Translations under genes and position numbers: made by a program
DNA from: Erwinia sorbitola
GTDB taxonomy: Bacteria > Pseudomonadota > Gammaproteobacteria > Enterobacterales > Enterobacteriaceae
Direction of reading: 5' to 3'
Assembly (NCBI RefSeq): GCF_009738185.1
Contig: NZ_CP046509.1
Coordinates: 1,777,361 to 1,801,360, forward strand
Length of the DNA: 24,000 nucleotides
The notes under the pieces: model-generated
The model's input: only the letters and a program-made list of their open reading frames with translations
Database searches by the model: none
Told to the model about the DNA's origin: nothing
In this document: piece by piece, positions 15,088 through 21,471 of the stretch
How positions within the stretch are numbered: the stretch's first letter is position 1
How the letters are laid out: the number at the start of each line of letters is the position of its first letter

Positions 15088-16317
15088 CTAAACCTGCACA
15101 CGATTAATCTGCAAGGCCGCGCTGCGCGCTGCAAGCTGGCGATAGCCAATAAACAGGGCAAGGGCGAAACCCGCCGCTGCAATGCCAACGTCAAACCACA
15201 TAATACTGGCGATACTGGTTTGTGACAGCTTCGCGGTGATCAGCGGAATGGTGAATGTGGCCAGGCTCCCGGCGCTGTAGAAAATACCGGTAGCTTTCCC
15301 TTTGGCGTGTGGGAAGCTCATCGCCATAATCGTCAGACCCAGCTGCATGACCCCACCTGCCGCCGAGAAGCCGATTACAAAGGCGAAGCCAATCACCACC
15401 GGAGGGGTTGGATGCAGGCAGACGGTTATTAGCGCCAGCAGCGAGATAAAGGTATACAACATCAGCAGGTTCACTGAGCTGACGGCCTTTTTCACCAGTG
15501 CAGCGGTCACAAATACACAGGTCAGGGAGCCGACGGTATAGATACTTAGCAGCTTAATCGCCGAGGCGTAGGACATTCCGGCAACAAACTGGCCGTACTG
15601 CGCCAGCCACTGGCTGACCAGGTAGAACGTTGCCATTGAGATATAGCCGTACAGCGTGAAACAGGCGATATCCAGCAGGTTGCTGTTGTTCTGCTGCGGC
15701 TGCGGTGAGGTGCCGGTCTGTTCGCTGGTGCTGATGACCGGTTTTGCCAGCGCCCGGTGATCCGGGAACGGACGTTTCAACAGGTAGATCGCATTCAGCA
15801 GCATAATGGCGGCCGCCACGATGAACGACCAGCCAAACCACAGATCCGCCAGCACGATAGCGCTGATAATAAACGGCAGCAGGAACTGTCCACCTGACAC
15901 GAAAGCTTTGATCAGGATATTAGCGGTGCTGGCTGAGTTGGGGAACGACTCCATCAGTGCCGGGTAGGTGCCGGAATCAAGGAAGCTGTTTGCCATGCCG
16001 GCGAGGAAGCCGAAGGCAAAAGCCGTGGTAATGCTCTGCGAACTGAGAATGCCAAAGAAGAAGCCCAGATAGCACAGCATTCCGAGATAGATAAAAGGCT
16101 TACGGCCAAACTTATCAGACAGCATGCCGGAGATAAACAGCACGACCAGACGGCCAAAACCCAGCGATGAGATCACCACAGAGACCCCGGCGGCGTTGGT
16201 CTGCCACTGCTGTTCCAGGTGAGACATATTGAGGGTCATTAACAGCACCCCCATGCCATGCACCAGATAGTTAAGGTACAGCCCGGCGGCGGTGGGAATG
16301 TAGGTATTTTTTTTCAT
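15088..16317 (-). CDS. ydiN: MFS transporter, YdiN/YdiM family (putative hydroaromatic transporter)
   Basis: 12-TM MFS protein similar to remembered E. coli YdiN (..SDKFGR.., ..GYPALME.FP.., ..FVIGFSAAGG..QLG..). I prefer ATG 16317 (MKKNTY...), which has GAAGG 5 nt upstream. The ORF-track GTG at 16329 abuts the ydiB stop and is an alternative start. Confidence 0.85.
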   Translation of the reverse strand: MKKNTYIPTAAGLYLNYLVHGMGVLLMTLNMSHLEQQWQTNAAGVSVVISSLGFGRLVVLFISGMLSDKFGRKPFIYLGMLCYLGFFFGILSSQSITTAFAFGFLAGMANSFLDSGTYPALMESFPNSASTANILIKAFVSGGQFLLPFIISAIVLADLWFGWSFIVAAAIMLLNAIYLLKRPFPDHRALAKPVISTSEQTGTSPQPQQNNSNLLDIACFTLYGYISMATFYLVSQWLAQYGQFVAGMSYASAIKLLSIYTVGSLTCVFVTAALVKKAVSSVNLLMLYTFISLLALITVCLHPTPPVVIGFAFVIGFSAAGGVMQLGLTIMAMSFPHAKGKATGIFYSAGSLATFTIPLITAKLSQTSIASIMWFDVGIAAAGFALALFIGYRQLAARSAALQINRVQV

Positions 16318-16329
16318 AGATGCCTTCAC

Positions 16330-17193
16330 TCAGAACAGGATGTTTTTGATGTAGTCGACCGGCATTTCTTTCCCTGTCCAGATTTCGAAGGCTGCCGCCC
16401 CTTGCCACAGCATCATGCCTAACCCGTTGACAGTGCGACAACCTTTTTTGCGGGCGACTTCCAGCAACCGGGTTTGCTGTGGCTTGTACACCACATCAGA
16501 GACGATAAGATCGGGGCGCAGGAAGCTCTCATCCGGCAGTAGCATCACGCCTTCAAACGGCTTCATGCCAATGCCAGTCGCATTGGTAAAAATCATGCTG
16601 TCATCGATCTCATTGCGCAGCTTTTGCGTATCGGCAATATCGTAAAGATTTACCACGCAGCGGGTATTGTCCTGGATTTTACGGATTGTGGCCTGCGCAT
16701 TATCCCAGAAGGCGTCACGCTGGTTGAAGATGGAGATTTCGCGCACACCGTCCAGCGCAGCCTGCACACAGATTGCCGTGGCGGCACCACCGGCACCACA
16801 CAGCGTCATTTTCTCGCCGATAATATTGATATTCTCCTCCACCAGCGCACGCATATAGCCCGTGCCGTCGGTGATATGCCCGGTCAGTACGCCGTTATCA
16901 TTAACCACGGTATTCACCGCGCCCACCAGCTGTGAGGCTGGAGAAAGCTGGTCAAGATGCTGACATACGGTAGTTTTATTCGGCATTGAGACATTAAAGC
17001 CACGCAGGTTTAGTGCACGGAATCCGTCGATCACCTCTTTCAGCTCTTTATTGCCCACGTCGAACGCCAGATAGACGTAATCCAGACCAAGATGGGCGAA
17101 AGCCTCGTTATGCATGGTGGGAGAGAGGCTGTGACGGATGGGGGTGGCGATCAATCCAATCAGTTCGGTATGACCAGTGATGCGTTCTGCCAT
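16330..17193 (-). CDS. ydiB: Quinate/shikimate dehydrogenase, NAD(P)-dependent
   Basis: 287 aa, colinear with remembered E. coli YdiB (ELIGL.A.PIRHSLSP.M.N.A, VSMPNK, VGA.NT.VNDDG.L.G..TDGTG, GAGGA.TAI, G.GMLLWQGA..F.LWTGK..P). Confidence 0.93.
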   Translation of the reverse strand: MAERITGHTELIGLIATPIRHSLSPTMHNEAFAHLGLDYVYLAFDVGNKELKEVIDGFRALNLRGFNVSMPNKTTVCQHLDQLSPASQLVGAVNTVVNDNGVLTGHITDGTGYMRALVEENINIIGEKMTLCGAGGAATAICVQAALDGVREISIFNQRDAFWDNAQATIRKIQDNTRCVVNLYDIADTQKLRNEIDDSMIFTNATGIGMKPFEGVMLLPDESFLRPDLIVSDVVYKPQQTRLLEVARKKGCRTVNGLGMMLWQGAAAFEIWTGKEMPVDYIKNILF

Positions 17194-17255
17194 GATGCTA
17201 TCCTCATAATGTTAAAAAATTCATTGCTTCCCGGCGCAGGGGAGTCTTCACCGCA

Positions 17256-19253
17256 TCACGCCAGGCAGCCCATATCTTCCAGAGTGGTGAGCACGTCATG
17301 CCCTTCGCGAACGCCATCAATAATGCGACGTGCCATCACGCTGTCGCCGATGTTCATAACTCTTATCTGCTCGCTGGCCGCCCACTGTTGCAACGCATCC
17401 AGCCCTTGCTGGTTGGCGCGCATACCGAGGCAGACAAAGCCGAAGTCGAAGGGCAGTTCGTGCAGGGCATCGTCTTTCTTCACGCTAAAATGCTCACCAT
17501 GAACCGCCATCAGCCGGGTCTGCATCCACAGCGTGACCTGGTGTTCGTCGAGCATTGTCAGCATTGAGTTTTTGGTGATCAGATCGAGGTCGCGGCCCGG
17601 GGCATCCAGCATTTCTACCAGGGTGACGCGGGCACCGCGTTTGGCGAAAAATTCGCAGACGTCCAGCCCGACAGCACCACCGCCTACGACCACCACGCGT
17701 TTATCTGCGTTGTCGGTAAAGTTGTCGATACCGGAAAGCAGGCCGGTAATGGAGAACACCCGGCTGCCAGGGCGGTCGATAAAGTCCATCAGACCGTTAA
17801 TCGGCGGCAGCAGCGGGGTGGAGCCGGTGGCGTTGACTACCAGGTCAGGAAGAAGGGCGGCGACATCGCTGACGCTGGCATGTTTACCGGTGATCACTGC
17901 AAGGTTGTTCAGCGCGCGCAGGCGGCGTTCCATAAACTGCGGGAACCCGGCAATCCTCTGTTTTTCAGGCAGGCGGGCGATGTCGCGTGCCAGGCCGCCC
18001 AGCTGCGGCTGTGCTTCCAGTAGCCAGGTCTGACAGCCGACTTCGGCGGCGGTGCAGGCTGCTTCCATGCCAGCAGTGCCGCCGCCAATCACCACCACCT
18101 TGAGCGGCCGGCTGACATGGCGCTGCCGGTAAGCATCACCGTGCAGAATATCGGGGTTGATTGAGCAGCGGATGGGGCGTGAACGTGCAATGCGATGGTC
18201 GGCGCAGCCAATATTGCAGGAGATGCAGTGGCGCATCAGGTGCTCCTGACCACTTTGTACTTTATTGACCCACGCCGGTTCGGCGATAAGCCCGCGCCCG
18301 ATGGCCAGCAGGTCGGCGTCACCGCTGGCGAGGATATCTTCTGCAATGGCCGGATTACGGATATTGCCGGCGATCACCGTTGGTTTGCCGAAGCGCTGGC
18401 GCACGTCCCGTGACAGGTAACGTTTCCAGCCGTCGGGCAGATCCATCTGGTCAATCTGTAATTGCAGGGTATCGTTTAATGCCGCTGAGACGTTGAGCAT
18501 ATCCACGTTCTGCTGGCAGTGTTCCAGCAGGGCCAGCATCTCCTGCGGATGATTACCGCCTTCTACAAAGTCATCCATGCTGAAACGCAGGCTGATAGGG
18601 AAGCGGGGACCAACTTTCTCACGCACTTTATCCACCACCAGCCGCACGATGCGCGCACGGTTCTCCGGCGAACCGCCAAACTCATCTTCACGCTGGTTGT
18701 AGATTGGAGAGAGAAACTGACACAGCAGATAGGAGTGCCCTGCATGGATCTCAACGCAGTCAAAACCTGCCTGACGGGCGCGCTGTGCAGCATCACCAAA
18801 TTTATCTACTACCTGATAAATTTCCTCCACGCTCATGGCGCGTGGGATTGTGCCGTTCTTTTTCGAAGGCTGCGTTGAGGAGGAGAGGGGCTGCTGCTGA
18901 TTAAGGCGTGCCGCGTAGGCAGATGCTCCGGCGTGGTTAAGCTGAACCGAGACGCAGGCACCATGCTGATGCAGGCGTTCCGTCAGGCGAAACAGGCCGG
19001 GAATATACTGGTCATTATCAATGCGTAGCTGGGTCGTGCCGTTAGTGGCAAACGGGAAATCAATGCAGACATTTTCAATCGTTATCAGTGCAGTGCCGCC
19101 TTTTGCTCTCAGCGAATAATAATCCAGCTGCTGTTCACTGACTTCTCCATTTAACCCGGCAAAATTAGTTCCCATCGGCGGCATAATAATACGATTTTTT
19201 AAACGCATGCCATTGATGGTAATTGGGGTGAAAAGATGGCGATAACGATTCAT
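17256..19253 (-). CDS. NADH:flavin oxidoreductase of the 2-enoate reductase / 2,4-dienoyl-CoA reductase (FadH) family (OYE-like FMN domain, 4Fe-4S, FAD/NAD(P) domain)
   Basis: I take the start at ATG 19253 (MNRYRHLFTPITINGMRLKNRIIMPPMGT...), with GGAG 8 nt upstream. The OYE motif is HAGHSYLLCQFLSPIYNQREDEFGGS. The Cys cluster is CISCNIGCADHRIARSRPIRC (C-x2-C-x3-C-x11-C). There are two dinucleotide folds, VVVIGGGTAGMEAA and VVVVGGGAVGLDV. The 42 extra codons in the ORF track are AT-rich and have no homology context. Confidence 0.88.
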   Translation of the reverse strand: MNRYRHLFTPITINGMRLKNRIIMPPMGTNFAGLNGEVSEQQLDYYSLRAKGGTALITIENVCIDFPFATNGTTQLRIDNDQYIPGLFRLTERLHQHGACVSVQLNHAGASAYAARLNQQQPLSSSTQPSKKNGTIPRAMSVEEIYQVVDKFGDAAQRARQAGFDCVEIHAGHSYLLCQFLSPIYNQREDEFGGSPENRARIVRLVVDKVREKVGPRFPISLRFSMDDFVEGGNHPQEMLALLEHCQQNVDMLNVSAALNDTLQLQIDQMDLPDGWKRYLSRDVRQRFGKPTVIAGNIRNPAIAEDILASGDADLLAIGRGLIAEPAWVNKVQSGQEHLMRHCISCNIGCADHRIARSRPIRCSINPDILHGDAYRQRHVSRPLKVVVIGGGTAGMEAACTAAEVGCQTWLLEAQPQLGGLARDIARLPEKQRIAGFPQFMERRLRALNNLAVITGKHASVSDVAALLPDLVVNATGSTPLLPPINGLMDFIDRPGSRVFSITGLLSGIDNFTDNADKRVVVVGGGAVGLDVCEFFAKRGARVTLVEMLDAPGRDLDLITKNSMLTMLDEHQVTLWMQTRLMAVHGEHFSVKKDDALHELPFDFGFVCLGMRANQQGLDALQQWAASEQIRVMNIGDSVMARRIIDGVREGHDVLTTLEDMGCLA

Positions 19254-19391
19254 AATATTGGCTCCGTAGCGACTTTTGCCGGGAAATAAATTCGGCTGGC
19301 GGTGAATATCAATAGTAATATTATTGGTATTAATACTACGAGGCGGGAGATGTAATGAATAATGCTTTTTTTTGTGCAATCAATAGAAGAT

Positions 19392-19422
19392 TTCTATAGG
19401 ATTAACAAATAGATCTATAGAA
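19392..19422. promoter_or_regulatory. Inverted repeat in the promoter region of the reductase-ydiB-MFS-aroD operon (candidate operator)
   Basis: TTCTATAG (19392-19399) -N15- CTATAGAA (19415-19422), about 140-170 bp upstream of the ATG at 19253 in AT-rich DNA. Function is not established. Confidence 0.3.
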
Positions 19423-19502
19423 TTTCAGTATAATTAACATTTGTAACCGAAGAGGAACATGCGGCCCTGCGTCAGCGACATGATAGTACTGTTACTATGT
19501 CA

Positions 19503-19529
19503 TTATGCCTGCTTAACTGGCAGGCATAA
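19503..19529 (-). terminator. Hairpin downstream of ydiL (terminator-like, no clear U-tract)
   Basis: 10-bp perfect stem TTATGCCTGC (19503-19512) / GCAGGCATAA (19520-19529) with a 7-nt loop, 27 nt downstream of the ydiL stop codon on the minus strand. The U-run is poor on that strand, so intrinsic termination is uncertain. Confidence 0.4.
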
Positions 19530-19555
19530 GCGTTATTTAATAATAATTCAGTAGG

Positions 19556-19912
19556 TTAGCAGAGCCGTTCCAGCCCGCGAGAGTAAAGTTCAGCAGCCAC
19601 TGACTGATAGGTTTTCCATGCTAAAAGATCTTCGCCCGGTCTGGCCTGTTTGAATTCTTCAAAGGTAGGGAAATATTTCATAGTGTTATTTCCGATACGC
19701 AGGTTAATTTTGTCAATTATGGCGTTCATGTGATGTTGACGTTGAATCAACAACTCTTCAAAGCGGTGGATAATTTTCTCGCTGATCTCTTCTTGCCCCA
19801 ACTCTCTTTTTTTCCACGCTGCGGGATCGTTATCCTTAGCAATATAGCTAGCAGCTTCTTCGATACTGAGAAGGAAAATATGACGTAATGCCTGGAGTTC
19901 TAAATAATTCAT
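19556..19912 (-). CDS. ydiL: YdiL-family (DUF1870, Aca2-like HTH) protein
   Basis: 118 aa, the same length as E. coli YdiL and matching my recollection of it (M..YELQALRHIF......A..IA, ...INNRIGNNTM.(Y/F)FP....F......, W(K)IYQSVAAELY...LERLC). It sits in the syntenic position next to the ydiN/ydiB/aroD homologues. Confidence 0.85.
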   Translation of the reverse strand: MNYLELQALRHIFLLSIEEAASYIAKDNDPAAWKKRELGQEEISEKIIHRFEELLIQRQHHMNAIIDKINLRIGNNTMKYFPTFEEFKQARPGEDLLAWKTYQSVAAELYSRGLERLC

Positions 19913-20199
19913 TTAATCTACTCTCTGTTAATTTTTTCTCACTCTAACATTAATTGCCCATCGCCAAGATGGCAGGGGATGATCTGCGTCATAAACGGGA
20001 TAAATAATGTCTGTGTAAATCAGAGTGATAACGATTTCAGAACAGTGCATAAGTGATGCAGGTTACACATTGCAAAATTAGATGGTCTGCTGAAAAGCGG
20101 ATCCACCGCATGCTGACCTGGGAAAATATAAGAGACCGGGTGACGAGATAACTCCACAGAAGACCCTATCGTGGCAAGAAGTTACGCGAGCGACTCAAA

Positions 20200-20222
20200 C
20201 TGCCCGCAAAATTTACGGGCAG
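20200..20222 (-). terminator. Hairpin terminator downstream of the antitoxin-like gene
   Basis: CTGCCCG (20200-20206) / CGGGCAG (20216-20222) with a 9-nt loop. On the minus strand it begins 25 nt after the stop at 20248-20250 and is followed by TTTGAG, a weak U-tract. Confidence 0.45.
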
Positions 20223-20247
20223 TAGAGGTCTGTGTGACAAAGTCCGA

Positions 20248-20847
20248 TCAGGCGATTGCTGCGGCCATATTTCTTAACTCAGGCAGGCCGCTGAGATCCT
20301 GCTCCAGCACCAGATCCTGGTGAATTTTCAGGATCACCGCTTTCACCACGTCAGAGGTTTTTTTCATCCCCTGTCCCAGCATTAGCTGGTTGAGTTCGGC
20401 CTGCTGACGGTTGGTGATTTTCATCGACAGGCGGCGGGAAGCTTTGGCATTTGCCATATCGCTACTCAAAAAGGATTTCAACTTCTGCTGCGGGTAGCGT
20501 CCGTTTGTCAGCGCATGGAGATACCAGAGAATCAGCACTTTGTTGAAATTTTCATTAAGCGTCGCATCAATTTTCTGCGTTGCTATATAAAGAATATCCA
20601 GGTAGTGCGCAGGTACTCTCACCTCCAGCGATGAGCTGGACTGCTCGAATACCTCTTTGATGCGGGCGTTAGACTGTGCCGGGATAGCGGCAACTTCGTC
20701 ACAGCGGTCACAGACGGCAGCCAGAATATTTTTTACCGTACCGCGTTTATCGCTGAAGTCGACATCGCGCATCCGGTAGGTAGCGGAGGTTTTACCGCAG
20801 TTATGGCACAGTAGCGTCCTTGTCTCACCTTCTTTAACAATTCTCAT
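20248..20847 (-). CDS. Putative antitoxin: MqsA-like N-terminal zinc ribbon fused to a non-MqsA C-terminal region with a predicted ribbon-helix-helix-like tail
   Basis: 199 aa, starting 17 nt after the upstream toxin-like stop, with its own SD (GAGGTGAACAATG). The N-terminus C14-HN-C17 ... C46-DR-C49 mirrors the MqsA CPVC...CVHC zinc ribbon. The C-terminal RRLSMKITNRQQAELNQLMLGQGMKKTSDVVKAVILKI has a strand-helix-helix pattern. No XRE-type HTH is evident. Confidence 0.6.
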   Translation of the reverse strand: MRIVKEGETRTLLCHNCGKTSATYRMRDVDFSDKRGTVKNILAAVCDRCDEVAAIPAQSNARIKEVFEQSSSSLEVRVPAHYLDILYIATQKIDATLNENFNKVLILWYLHALTNGRYPQQKLKSFLSSDMANAKASRRLSMKITNRQQAELNQLMLGQGMKKTSDVVKAVILKIHQDLVLEQDLSGLPELRNMAAAIA

Positions 20848-20864
20848 TGTTCACCTCTTCCTTG

Positions 20865-21161
20865 TTACAGATGCACGCTGATAAAAATCATGTCAGGTTC
20901 CATAAAATAAAATTTTACGTACCACCAACCTCCACATTTCCAGCTACGGCAGATATGCACATCTACCTCAGGATCCTGATGATGCGGGCTACAATGATAC
21001 CCGGTACCGCTGGTTTTCCTGATCAGTTCAGCGACCCAAACGTTATCAACCTCGCCTGTCGCAAACAGGTTTTTAACGTCTATATTCCTGCGAACCTCAT
21101 GATCATATGCGCCTTGATGGAGGCAGTGTATTGCCTGACGTTTCACATCCGTGAGTTTCAT
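20865..21161 (-). CDS. MqsR-like toxin (putative mRNA interferase, RelE-fold superfamily)
   Basis: 98 aa, the same length as E. coli MqsR, with SD AGAGGGACGAAGAAATG. A gapless alignment to remembered MqsR puts Tyr55, the D-V pair near residue 68-70, Tyr81 (WYVKF vs VYLKI) and the terminal hydrophobic strand (MIFISV vs VLIVSF) at matching positions. The toxin-first gene order is the same as in mqsRA. Confidence 0.55.
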   Translation of the reverse strand: MKLTDVKRQAIHCLHQGAYDHEVRRNIDVKNLFATGEVDNVWVAELIRKTSGTGYHCSPHHQDPEVDVHICRSWKCGGWWYVKFYFMEPDMIFISVHL

Positions 21162-21471
21162 TTCTTCGTCCCTCTATTATGTACGCATGAAGACGTACTT
21201 TCAAATGCCTACTATTACGATTCTGGCTGGATTCTAAGGTCTGAGGTGACGAAAAGGAGGGGATGACAGTGAGAAGACGGAAGAGAATTTCAACTTTCAG
21301 AGACGGCTCGCAACCTCGATACAGGCAAAAGTGTGATCTGTACGGAATAGTTACCGATAACAATTAAAATAATTTTAGTTTTTATATCAGATTTTTTTAG
21401 TTAAATTAGTGTGAGTATATTGTAATTATTTGTCAGGTAATAATTGCGCACTTTAACACTAAGGGATACCA

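Noticed and set aside
16303-16317. A8 homopolymer immediately after the MFS gene ATG (ATGAAAAAAAATACC) as a phase-variation slippage tract.
   Set aside because: The tract is short for contingency loci and encodes an ordinary Lys-Lys N-terminus. There is no evidence of a frameshifted state in this sequence.
19254-19379. 42-codon N-terminal extension of the reductase ORF (MHKKKHYSLHLPP...) given in the ORF track. The same applies to the 8-codon extension of amn (9153-9176).
   Set aside because: The extensions are AT-rich and lack an SD. The homologous protein cores begin at internal ATGs that have strong SDs (GGAG and AAGGAG respectively).
19556-19912. The DUF1870/Aca2-like protein as a marker of an anti-CRISPR (acr-aca) locus.
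   Set aside because: It matches chromosomal YdiL in length, sequence and synteny with ydiN/ydiB/aroD. There is no small ORF immediately upstream in the same operon that could be an Acr.
19913-20100. RprA sRNA homologue. In E. coli, rprA lies just upstream of ydiL on the same strand.
   Set aside because: The minus strand has ATCCCCTG followed by an imperfect hairpin, TGCCATC-TTGGC-GATGGGCA, which vaguely recalls the RprA 3' end as I remember it. However, the stem has a bulge, there is no U-tract (it is followed by ATTAATG), and the 5' part does not align. At most this is a decayed remnant, so it is not called. A covariance-model search (Rfam RprA) would settle it.
21263-21367. 34-codon basic ORF (MTVRRRKRISTF...) following AAGGAGG in the toxin / PQQ-dehydrogenase intergenic region.
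   Set aside because: The SD-to-ATG spacing is only 2-3 nt, there is no conservation evidence, and the sequence is more plausibly part of the divergent promoter region.
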